A DNA stretch of 64,000 nucleotides from Eledone cirrhosa (taxonomy: Eukaryota), in NCBI GenBank assembly GCA_964016885.1, contig OZ024743.1, positions 352,904,001 through 352,968,000 on the forward strand. The letters are read 5' to 3'. Below the pieces are notes generated by a model, which worked only from the letters and a program-made list of their open reading frames with translations, had not been told where the DNA came from and did no database searches. This document shows positions 25,452 to 37,501 of the stretch, one piece after another (position 1 is the first letter of the stretch; each line of letters opens with the position of its first letter). A program made the position numbers and the translations under genes.

Positions 25452-27550
25452 ATGGCTACGAAAAAGAAATTTCATACGTCACTCCCACTCATTCCGTCTT
25501 CTTCCTCAATCATCACTACAGCAGAGAGAAGATTGTCTCTCTCCCTCCCTTCTTTAAATGTGTCTCTCTCCCTCCCTTCTCTTTCGCAAGTGACGAAAGA
25601 AAAGAAAAGTCTCGTGCAAAGCGTACAAGGTTTCTCCACGACGACGACGACAGCGACGAAACAGGTGTGCGGGAAATACGAAAACCCAGTTCATTCGTCT
25701 GACGTCAGGAATAATAGCAGTAGCAGCCGTAATAACAACAGCAACAGTGACAATGAAAACAACAGTAGCAGCCGCAACAGCATCACCAGCAGCATAAACA
25801 ACAACAGCATTAGCAGCAGCAACACCAACAACAACCACAGCAACAGCGGCGGAGGCAGTAGTCGTAGTACCTGCAGCAACAACAAAAGTACCAGCAGCTC
25901 TGACGACAACAACAACAGCAGCAGCAGAGAAAAACCAATCTCATTTGCAGGTATTGCGAAAAACTTGGAATCAATCCTCATAACAAATGAGGAATTAGAG
26001 GAAGCGAAGAAGATGGTGACAAAGAATGGACACCGAGCAATCTGCAAGGCAGCGGAAAAATTTTTCGAAACCCAAGAGCACTGTACGGTCACGTACCGTA
26101 CAGTAAGTACAAAATCCCGTAGGGTGGAAAGAGCCACAGAGGCCCAAATACAAAAAGCCTTGGGGTCTGTGTGGCAGCGGAAAACGCACATCACCCGAGG
26201 CAAAAAATATGCCACCGTAGACGTACTTTTTGCCACACCCCAGGAGGCAAAGGCCCAATCAGTAGTGACCCTAAGGAGCGAGGAAATGGTGTTGGTGCCC
26301 TCCTACTGCGGGCAAAAAATTGTGAGGGTCAAACTGACCCACGTCCCCCCCGGAATGGCCCCTTCTTGGCTGGCCGCGTCTGTCCTCGTCGGAATCGAGG
26401 ACAAAACAACTGTACTGCAAGTACAGAAAAAAGTAAGAGAAGATTGGGTAGGCACCTCCATTGAGATGCTAATCCAAACCAACCAGGAGTGCATCGAAGC
26501 TATCCCGGATGTGATAGACTTCGATAACGGCACTCAACTGCCCATAAGTGTTGAGGGCAAACGCCCGAAATGCTTTCGCTGTGGATCGAAGACTCACCTC
26601 AGGGCCTTCTGCAACGAGAAGACCCTGAGAAAGGAGAAAACCCCCCTCCTTCCGAATCCGGCTCCACAGCTACCAGCAACAGGACAAGCGGCAACCAGGA
26701 ACGATAGGTCCGTGGCACCCATACCCACTCCACGGAAATCAAAAACAGCAGCAGCAGTGGAAATATTAACAACAACAACAGCAATACCAAATGCAGCTGC
26801 AACAGAGACTCCAGTGCAAACATCACCAACAACAACAAGTGAAAGAGTGGAGTTGGTACCCCTCCCCGACCTCACAGAATCAGACATGGAGTGTGAGGTG
26901 GGAGAGGGATGGCAAAAGGTCGTAAGAAGGCACAAACGCAGAAGCAGCGCATCGTCGCCTTTGAAAAGGGAGGAAAGAAATGAGAAAAGGGTAAAGTCTA
27001 CTGCAAAGAGACACACAGCAGCAACAACCACCAACACCATCACCACCCACACTAGCACCATCATCACCACCGGCGACAACCCCACCGCCAACAACACCTT
27101 CAACACCACCACCACAAGCACCAACATCGCAAACACAACAACAAAACACACACACCCAGCAACAACGACAAGAAAATAGCAGAACCACACCCCACCCCCA
27201 TAAAAACAAATGCACGGCAATAAACACACACAACAAGAAACTAATGACTTACATAATTGAACACAGACATTTCACAACAGGACTACATAATACCAGCACC
27301 AATCAAAACGCCAACTAACATAAGACTGCTAAAAATAGCACAGAAACAATACACAAACATTAAAACGAAATTCCCCAACGCAGTTGGTGATTTCAGGGAC
27401 CTAGGAGGAACCATCAATCGAAGAGTATATTCAGACATTCTCTTAGAAGAACCGACAACCAGCCGAAGGGACGATTCAACGGTCCCTTCACCAGACGATC
27501 AAGTGAAAAGGGATGTAAAAACCATCCCTCCTCTACCAAAAGTACGGTAA
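25452..27550 (+). pseudogene. ORF1 type B, best-preserved copy (frameshifted only in the C-terminal low-complexity part)
   Basis: 575-aa ORF with Asn/Ser-rich N-terminus, conserved core and CCHC. The C-terminal piece ends PLPKVR*. Confidence 0.88.
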
Positions 27551-27585
27551 GTGGTCTTTCCCATCTTTTCCACTCTATTTTAAAC

Positions 27586-30500
27586 ATGACCTCACTCAGA
27601 ATAAGCAGCATAAATGCGCGTGGCTTGGGGTCGTCATGGAAGCAGGGTCACCTGCTCAACGACCTCAGGTCACTAAACATAGATGTAGTGGCCATCAGCG
27701 AGACCAGAATCTCCGAAGCACGGGCCTTCGCACCGATCTTCGGCGGCTACGATGTGTACGCATCTCCCAGCCATCCTGGATCGGGTGGAGGAGTTGCTGT
27801 GCTTTTTCGGAGAGGTTTGGATCTCGCCATACGGGCCATCTTCCTGGACCCAGAGGGTAAGCTGGTGGTGCTGGACGTGACCAGCGGAGACGGGCAAGCT
27901 TTCAGGCTAGTGGCCGTCTATGCCCCGACAGGAGCAGGGCGGCCTGATTTCTTCCGGCGTCTGGAGACCTTTCTTGGAACGTCCCGCTCTTTAGTGTTAG
28001 TGGGCGACTGGAACGGGATCTTAGATGCACGCTGGGACTGTGTGGGATTAGCGGATAGGGGTGGAGGGTGCAAGAGCCTCACCAACCTGCTCAGGCGTTT
28101 TGAACTGTCTGACAGGTACCGATTGGATTTCCCGAATGTGCCAATGTGGACTTGGACAAACCGCATAGGGTCATCCAGATCATATCTAGATAGAGTATTT
28201 TGTAGGGAAATAGATAGGTCTAGCATAGGCTGTCCACAATTCAAGATAGTCAGCTACACGGACCACAAATTCGTGATCTGTGTGCTTGACTTAGATAGGC
28301 TTCATAGACGAGGACCCGGCTACTGGAAGCTAAACGCGTCCTTACCAGCGCGCAAGGCCTACAGAGACCGGATTAGCGAACTAGTTAAGCGGGCGTTGAC
28401 GGGGGCCATCGTCAACAACAAGTGGTGGTTTGCTCTGAAAAGAGCGATTAGAATAGAATCGATTAGGTTTAGTAAGGCTTTAGCAATAGAGAAAAATAGA
28501 GCAGAGGGAGAACTAGTTAGAAAATTAGACGAGGCGCTTAGCAAAGGCATTGCGACCGACGTGCTTGCGGCGAAATTGGCCCTTGACCAATTCTTCAATG
28601 CAAAGCACGAAGGCTGCGTTGTCAGAGCAAGGGTGCGTGCTCTCAGACACGAGGGGACGAAAGCCGTTCAATGGGCCCGAGTGGCGGAGGCGCGTCGTGG
28701 CAACAAAGCCACGATCCGGTCTTTGGTGGACCACGACGGGCGCATGCTACTCGATCCCGGGCAAATGTGTGAAGCTTTTCAGCGACACTTCGCTCAGCTG
28801 TTCGGGGGCAGCGGTGGGCTGGGTAGAGGGATGGACTTTAGTGTCTACCTCGACGGACTGCCGCGGCTCTCGGCCACTGAGGCGAAGTGTTGCGAAAAGC
28901 CGATAACAGCCGCTGAAGTAAGGGAGGCAATGACTGGCTGCACAAGGGGTAAATCGCCTGGTTTGGATGGTCTGCCCTATGAACTTTACGTACAGATGCC
29001 AGACTTGTTCGGAGGCCTCTTGGCGGACGTCTACTGCAACTGGCAACAGAACGGGAGAATTCCCAGTTCTGTGAGCCGAGGAGCGGTGGCACTGCTGAGA
29101 AAGGATCCGAACAAGGGGGATAACATAGAAAATTTCCGGCCCATAACTCTGCTAAACACAGAGTTTAAGATTTTGGCCAAGGTGCTAGCAAAGAGGTTGG
29201 TGGTCTGGTGGGAGAGGCGCAGACATGCGCCATTCCCGACAGATCCATCCACGACAACCTCCACCTCATGCGATACATCATAGAGAGGGTAGCTAAGGAA
29301 CCTGGCACGGGTGGGTCCTTGATCAATTTAGATCCGACGAAAGCTTTCGATAGGGTCGACCATCGTTACCTAGCGGCAGTCCTGAGGGCGGCTGGCTTTG
29401 GGCCCGTCTTCAGAGGCTGGATCGCTGCCATGCACAGCGACATCTGCTCTGTGGTGAGAGTGAACGGTCACCTGTAGGAACCGTTCAACATCATGCGCTT
29501 GGTCCGCCAAGGATGTCCCCTCTCGTCCCTCTTGTACGTATTGACTCTCGAGCCATTACTGCACAAACTGGAGACGTTGAGGGGAGTCCCGCGCGAACTA
29601 GGATGCGGAAGATCCGTGTCAGCATATGCGGACGATGTCACCGTAGTGGTGTCGAACGCCAAACACATCGAGGCGATCGGCACTACACTAAGAGAATACG
29701 AAGCGGTGACAGGAGCAATGATCAACCAGGAAAAGTCAGTGGGCCTGCAGCTCGGCACCTGGAGAGGCAGGTCCATGCCGTCCAACAGCGTCGTCGGACG
29801 CTGGACGGACGGACCGGTTAAATTGCTAGGGGTCTGGTTCGGTCCGGACCTCCAGACGGACAAAAACTGGGACGAGGTGACGAGCAGGGTGGCTTCTCTT
29901 ACCCAGAAATGGGCGGAGAGGAAGCTATCCCTGAAAGGTCGAGCGGAGGTGGCTAACGCGTACATCGCGTCTGTCATCTGCTACCGCCTGACCGTCGTAC
30001 CTTGTCCTAAGCCTCGCCTGACTGCGCTGGAGCGTTTGCTCTTTTGCTTTTTGTGGAAGGGACGCGCTCCGATGGTCAGGCGGTCCATCTGTTGTCAACA
30101 CCCGCTACGTGGAGGGCTGGGCATGCCGTGGCTGATGATGCGCAGGCACGCGCTCAGGCTACAACATCTCCACCTCTTCCTCGACGGTGATCAGGTGTGG
30201 TCGCCGTTTGCTAGGCGCGTATTTCCCCAGCTCGTTTCCTTGACGGAGCTGCAGTCCTGGGTCAAGCGAAGACCGAGAGGGAGCGCCTGGAGACTGGAAT
30301 GTCTTCAGGCGCTCACAGCCCTCGACCAATCGGGCAATGTGATCGGTGGAAACTCCACCTCGGCGTTCTATAGAGGATTAGTGGAGGGTAAGAGCGACGT
30401 CGTACTTGGGGAAACTCTAGGCGTCGACGAAAATCAACTAGCCAATCTCTTCGAAAGAACTTTCGGGCCGGGGCCTATGGACAACTTCCAGAAATCTCTG

Positions 30501-30992
30501 GCCTGGCAGTGCTACCGAGGAGTCTTGCCAGTTCGGGATAAACTCTACAGGCATCGAGGTGCCGTCAGCCGGGCATGTCCGAGATGCGCGCAGGGCGACG
30601 AAACCGTCCTGCACGCACTCGTCCAGTGTCCGAAAATTGCTGACTTGTGGATTTATGTCGAACACCTGCTGTCGCGTTTAGGACGGATCCGGCTATCATC
30701 TGAGTCCATCGTGAGGATTGCCCCGCCCTCCTCCTTTAGCCGGGAAGGGCAGGCAGTTTTTATCTGTCTGGTGGCCATGGCGAAAGAGATAGTATGGTGG
30801 ACACGTTTGAAAGGGCTGAAGACGAGCACTTACCTCTTCGGTGATGCTCTGATTGACTTTTTCAAATTTCATTTGAAAAGGAAAATCAGAGTAGAGAGGG
30901 AAGTGCTCTCTTCCCAGCATTTTGTTGAAAGATGGGTGAGAGAAGCAAGAATGGCCCGAGTGAATGGGCCTACTCTGAGTATATATCTGTAA
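27586..30992 (+). pseudogene. ORF2 APE-RT, disrupted by a small deletion (~29200) and a stop (29475)
   Basis: ORF pieces of 565, 89 and 499 aa carry all motifs. Confidence 0.93.
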
Positions 30993-31483
30993 ATTAAAGG
31001 TGGAAAACTGGGAGAGGGCACTTGCCTTGGTGGTCAGGGTCATTATGGCTTTTTACTGGGCTTTCTCCACAAATGTCCCTCCGAAGTCTCCCCCCTATTG
31101 GGGAATTTTTAATTGTTATTTTCATTGTTATTTTTGTTACATCCTCTGTTTTTGTTTTTTACACGCATAAATGCCCATTTGTACCGTCCTGTATTGTCCT
31201 GTACTGTCCTTAATGTCTACTTTATGTGAACCCTTGTGGTTAATAAAGAAAACATTATTATTATTATTATTATTGGCGACCTACGTAGGAAATCGTATTA
31301 TCGTGAGCTCCGCAAAGGTTTGTTATTTCCGTTTGTTTAAAAATTGCCATTTATGGAAAATTTTATTGTAAACTGTTTATAAGCACACATACATTGTTTT
31401 CCGAAAAGGACACCCAAAAAGATTGGGGCCTTGTGCCCAAAATTTTAACTTTTATTATTATCCAAAAATTTCTTTGAAAAAAA

Positions 31484-33479
31484 ATGGCTAATTCCCCTCT
31501 GCACGAAGCAGCTGAAAGCCTTCCTCACAAAATAACACCTCACACCGACACCACCATTGTAAATGTTACTACGTTTGCCAACACAAAAAAAAATATAAGC
31601 AGTAGCAATATTTTAAATTTGTCTCAGGCAGACATTCATTTCCCGCCATTACCAATGACTGCAGGTGTTAAACCCTCCACCACCACCACCACCGCGACAA
31701 CCACCACCACCACCACCACCACCGCGACAACAGAAACAAAAGAAGAAAAAAATAAATTAACTCGTGACGTCGAAATGAAATCAAGCAAAATGGACTCTTC
31801 CCCACCAAAGACGACTGACGTCACAACCACCACAACTGAAAATAAAATTAATATTAACGATAGCAACAACAACAACAATGACATTATAAAACCGACCCTC
31901 AGTTTCGCCATCGTAGCAAAACAATTCGAAGCGTTCACGGTAACCCAAGAAGATTTAGAAAATGCCAAACAAATGGTAAAGAAAGATGGGTACAGGGTCA
32001 GCCTCACCCCCCCCCCCCCCACCTAATAAAATGGAGCATCGGCGCCTGTGCACCGTGTCGTATAGAACAATAAATGTAAAATCGCGCCGAGTGGAACGGG
32101 CATCCGAGTCCCAAATCCAAAAAGCTTTGGGACATGTGTGGGCAAGAAGAACCCACATCAGACGTGGGCAAAAGTATGGAACCGTGGATGTGTTCTTTGA
32201 AACACCAGAGGAGGCTAGAGAACACTCCATGGCCCCATTAAAAAGTGACGACCTCACACTCGTCCCAAGCTATTGTGGCCAGAGACTCGTAAAGATCAGG
32301 GTGACCCACGTTCCACCGGCCATCGAAATTCCCTGGCTAATAGCGGCTGTCCTCACCGGCATCGAAGCCAACACGAAAATAATAGCAGTAGCAAAAGAAA
32401 AGCAGGAAAACTGGTCCGGATCTGGGATGGAGCTCCTGATCCAAGCGGACCAAAAAAGCATTGAGGAGATCCCAGAGGTAATAGACCTCACTGACGGCAG
32501 CCACCTCACGGTAATTGTCGAGGGCAGAAGACCTAGGTGTGTCGTTTGTGGTGAAGGAACCCACCTAAGGGCTTTCTGCCCTCAGGCTAAAAGGTTGAGG
32601 CCACCTCTCCTACCCACCCCAGTGACAAAACCATCAACACCACCAGTAGCAGAGATGGCAGCAACAACTGTAGCAGCAACAACAGAAGCAACTATAACAG
32701 CAACAACCCCAGCAACAGTAGCAAAACCAACACCACTACCACCACCAGCAAAACCAACACCACCACCACCCAACGCTTCAGAACTAGCACCAGCGCCTAC
32801 ACCATCCACCACACCACAACCAAAACTAACGACTGTGGAGGATTTTCCACTCCCCGGCCTATCACAACTGGAGACAGATTGTGACGACGAGGAGTGGGAA
32901 ACGATATCCGGAAAAAAAAAAAGAAACCAAAAAAGAAAAAATTCTCCTCCTTCCCCCTCCAAAAACAAAATACAGAGGGAAACAAATAAACTAAGAAACA
33001 AAAAAGTTAGGACAGATATGCCACCATCCACACCAGCATCACCAACCCCATCAACCCAAACACCAACACCATCACCATCATCATCCCCAGCACCACCATC
33101 ACCTACACCACAAAAGTCACCAAAAAGCGAAACAGAAACAAACCCACAACAAACGCAAACAAAACAAAACAACCAAAACGATACACACTACACAGCATTA
33201 AATTTGAACAACAAGCAATTATTACACTACATCCAACACAACACCAGCATCACAGAAAAAGACTACACAACAACCCCAAAATTCACACCACCTCCACACA
33301 TACAAATCACTCGCATCACACAGAAAACGTACATGACACTAAAACAAAAATTCCCCAAAGACATCGGAGACTTCCGACAAGCACTCTCCAGGAGGATTTA
33401 TAAGGACATCCTTCCTGAGGAGGCCACAAGCAGTGAAAAGGATGGAAAAGCCGTCCTTCCCCTACGAGAAGTAAGGTAA
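31484..33479 (+). CDS. ORF1 type A with a single frameshift in a poly-C run (~32010, possibly a sequencing error)
   Basis: 180-aa and 497-aa ORFs joined at the homopolymer. CCHC knuckle and Pro/Thr-rich tail. Confidence 0.85.
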
Positions 33480-33513
33480 GTGGTCTTTCCCATCTTTTCC
33501 ACTCCTTTTCAAC

Positions 33514-36500
33514 ATGACCTCACTCAGAATAGGCAGCATAAATGCGCGTGGCTTGGGGTCGTCATGGAAGCAGGGCCACCTGCTCAACGACCTCAGGTCA
33601 CTAAACATAGATGTAGTGGCCATCAGCGAGACCAGAATCTCCGAAGCACAGGCTTTCGCACCGATCTTCGGCGGCTACGATGTGTACGCATCTCCCAGCC
33701 GTCCGGGATCGGGGGGAGGAGTTGCTGTGCTTTTTCGGAGAGGTTTGGATCTTGCCATACGGGCCATCTTCCTGGACCCAGAAGGTAAGTTGGTGGTGCT
33801 GGACGTGACCAGCGGAGACGGGCAAGCTTTCAGGTTAGTGGCCGTCTATGCCCCGACAGGAGCAGGGCGGCCTGATTTCTTCCGGCGTCTGGAGACCTTT
33901 CTTGGAACGTCCCGCTCTTTAGTGTTAGTGGGCGACTGGAACGGGATCTTAGATGCACGCTGGGATTGTGTGGGATTAGTGGATAGGGAAGGAGGGTGCA
34001 ATAGTCTCACCAACCTGCTCAGACGTTTTGAACTGTCTGACAGGTACCGAATGGATTTCCCGAATGTACCAATGTGGACTTGGACAAATCGCATAGGGTC
34101 ATCCAGATCATATCTAGATAGAGTATTTTGTAGAGAAATAGATAGGTCTAGCATAGGCTGTCCACAATTCAAGATAGTCAGCTACACGGACCACAAATTC
34201 GTGATCTGTGTGCTTGACTTAGATAGGCTTCATAGACGAGGACCCGGCTACTGGAAGCTAAACGCGTCCTTACCAGCGCGCAAGGCCTACAGAGACCGGA
34301 TTAGCGAACTAGTTAAGCGGGCGTTGACGGGGGCCATCGTCAACAACAAGTGGTGGTTTGCTCTGAAAAGAGCAATTAGAATAGAGTCCATTAGGTTTAG
34401 TAAGACTTTAGCAATAGAGAAAAATAGAGCAGAGGGAGAATTAGTTAGAAAATTAGATGAGGCGCTTAGCAAAGGCATCGCGACCGACGTACTTGCGGCG
34501 AAATTGGCCCTTGACCAATTCTTCAATGCAAAGCACGAAGGCTGCGTTGTCAGAGCTAGGGTGCGTGCTCTCAGACACGAGGGGACGAAAGCCGTTGAAT
34601 GGGCCCGAGTGGCGGAGGCGCGTCGTGGCAACAAAGCCACGATCCGGTCTTTCGTGGACCACGACGGGCGCATGCTACTCGATCCCGGGCAAATGTGTGA
34701 AGCTTTTCAGCGACACTTCGCTCAACTGTTCGGGGGCAGTGGCCGGCCGGATCGAGGGATGGACTTTAGTGTCTACCTCGACGGACTGCCGCGGCTTTCG
34801 GCCACTGAGGTGGAGTGTTGCGAAAAGCCGATAACAACCGCTGAAGTACGGGATGCAATGACTAGTTGCACAAGGGGCAAATCGCCTGGTTTGGATGGTC
34901 TGCCCTATGAACTTTACGTACAAATGCCAAACTTGTTCGGAGGCCTCTTGGCGGACGTCTACTGCAACTGGCAACAGAACGGGAGAATTCCCAGCTCTGT
35001 GAGCCGAGGAGCGGTGGCGCTGCTGAGAAAGGATCCGAACAAGGGGGATAACATAGATAATTTTAGGCCCATAACTCTGCTAAACACAGAGTTCAAGATT
35101 TTGGCCAAGGTGCTAGCAAAGAGGTTGGCGCTTGTCGTTGGTGGTCTGGTGGGAGAGGCACAGATATGCGCCATTCCCGACAGATCCATCCACGACAACC
35201 TCCACCTCATGCGATACATCGTAGAGAGGGTAGCTAGGGAACCTGGCACGGGTGGGTCTTTGATCAATTTAGATCAGTCGAAAGCCTTCGATAGGGTCGA
35301 CCATCGTTACCTAGCGGCAGTCCTGAGGGCGGCTGGCTTTGGGCCCGTCTTCAGAGGCTGGATCGCTGCCATGCACAGCGACATCTGCTCTGTAGTGAGA
35401 GTGAACGGTCACCTTTCGGAACCGTTCAACATCATGCGCTCGGTCCGCCAAGGATGTCCCCTCTCGTCCCTATTGTACGTATTGACTCTCGAGCCATTAC
35501 TGCACAAACTGGAGACGTTGAGGGGGGTCCCGCGCGAACTAGGATGCGGAAGATCCGTGTCAGCATATGCCGACGATGTCACCGTAGTGGTGTCGAACGC
35601 CAAACACATCGAGGCGATCGGCACTACACTAAGAGAATACGAAGCGGTGACAGGAGCAATGATCAACCAGGAAAAGTCAGTGGGCCTGCAGCTCGGCACC
35701 TGGAGAGGCAGGTCCATGCCGTCCAACAGCGTCGTCGGGCGCTGGACGGACGGGCCGGTTAAATTGCTAGGGGTCTGGTTCGGTCCAGACCTCCAGACGG
35801 ACAAAAACTGGGACGAGGTGACGAGCAGGGTGGCTTCTCTCACCCAGAAATGGGCGGAGAGGAAGCTATCCCTAAAAGGTCGAGCGGAGGTGGCGAACGC
35901 GTACATCGCATCCGTCATCTACTACCGCCTGACCGTCGTACCTTGTCCTAAGCCCCGCCTGACTGCGCTGGAGCGTTTGCTCTTTCGCTTCTTGTGGAAG
36001 GGACGCGCTCCGATGGTCAGGCGGTCCATCTGCTGTCAACACCCGCTACGTGGAGGGCTGGGCATGCCGTGGCTGATGATGCGCAGACACGCGCTCAGGC
36101 TACGACATCTCCACCTCTTCCTCGACGGTGATCAGGTGTGGTCGCCGTTTGCAAGACACGTTTTTCCCCAGCTCGTCTCCTTGACGGAGCTGCAGTCCTG
36201 GGTCAAGCGAAGACCGAGAGGGAGCGCTTGGAGACTGGAATGTCTTCAGGCGCTCACAGCCCTCGACCAATCGGGCAATGTGATCGGTGGAAACTCCACC
36301 TTGGCGTTCTATAGGGGATTAGTGGAGGGGAAGAGCGACGACGTACTTGGAGAAACTCTAGGCGTCGACGAAAATCAACTAGCCAATCTCTTCGGAAGGA
36401 CTTTCGGGCCGGGGCCTATGGACAACTTCCAGAAATCCCTGGCCTGGCAGTGCTACCGAGGAGCTTTGCCAGTTCGGGATAAACTCTACAGGCATGGAGG

Positions 36501-37003
36501 TGCCGTCAGCCGGGCATGTCCGAGATGCGCGCAGGGCGACGAAACCGTCCTGCACGCACTCGTGCATTGCTGACTTGTGGGTTTATGTCGAACACCTGCT
36601 GTCACGTGTAGGACGGATCCAGCTGTCAGCTGAGTCCATCGTCAGCATTGCTGACTTGTGGGTTTATGTCGAACACCTGCTGTCACGTGTAGGACGGATC
36701 CAGCTGTCAGCTGAGTCCATCGTGAGGATTGCCCCACCCCCTTCCTTTAGCCGGGAAGGGCAGGCAGTTTTTATCTGTCTGGTGGCCATGGCGAAAGAGA
36801 TAGTATGGTGGACACGTTTGAAAGGGCTGAAGACGAGCACTTACCTCTTCGGTGATGCCCTGATTAACTTTTTCAAATTTCATTTGAAAAGGAAAATCAG
36901 GGTAGAGAGGGAATTGCTCTCTTCCCAGCATTTTGTTGAAAGATGGGTGAGAGAAGCAAGTATGGCCCGAATGAATGGGCCTTCTCTGAGTATGTGTCTG
37001 TAA
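33514..37003 (+). CDS. ORF2 APE-RT, open for 1019 aa and broken at the C-terminal CCHC by a deletion plus duplication
   Basis: All APE and RT motifs are intact (YTDH, YADD). Confidence 0.93.
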
Positions 37004-37245
37004 ATTAAAGGTGGAAAACTGGGAGAGGGCACTTGCCCTGGTGGTCAGGGCCACTGTGGTCTTTTAATGGGCTTTCTCCACAAATGTCCCTTGGAAGTCT
37101 CCCCCCTATTGGGGAATTTTTCTTTGTTATTTTATTTCAACCTCTGTTTTTTTACACGCAGAAATGCCCATTTGTACCGTCCTGTATTGTCCTGTACTGT
37201 CCTTAATGTCTACTTTATGTGAACCCTTGTGGTTAATAAAGAAAA

Positions 37246-37291
<46 letters not shown>

Positions 37292-37501
37292 GCGGGCGGT
37301 GGATTGGCAGTATTGGTAGAGGATCAGACGCCATGCTTTGACGCATAGAGTTACGGCCCTTATCATTCTGAGTTCAAATCCCGCCGAGGTTAACTTTGCC
37401 TTTCATCCTTACGGCGTCGATAAAATCAAGTACCAGTAATGTACTGGGTAATTGCTGGCCTTGTGCCTAAAGTAGAAACAATTATTATTATTATTATTAT
37501 T
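37292..37501 (+). mobile_element. Full-length tRNA-derived SINE family 1 with (ATT)7 tail
   Basis: A-box-like tggcagtattggt and B-box gagttcaaatcc (37370-37381). Other copies at 6139, 55875, 57590 and 58800. Confidence 0.88.

Larger units (their letters stand above)
25238..31274 (+). mobile_element. Tx1-like copy 4, type B
   Basis: Starts gaatgccatgg and ends aataaagaaaac(att)7. Confidence 0.93.
31275..37291 (+). mobile_element. Tx1-like copy 5, type A variant, best-preserved copy
   Basis: Starts ggcgacctacgtagg and ends aataaagaaaac(att)15. Confidence 0.94.

Noticed and set aside
31995-32030. Programmed frameshift in the type A ORF1 at the poly-C run (all three A copies shift there)
   Set aside because: The direction differs between copies (-1 in copy 1, +1 in copies 3 and 5) and the run length varies. 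This fits homopolymer slippage or long-read error.
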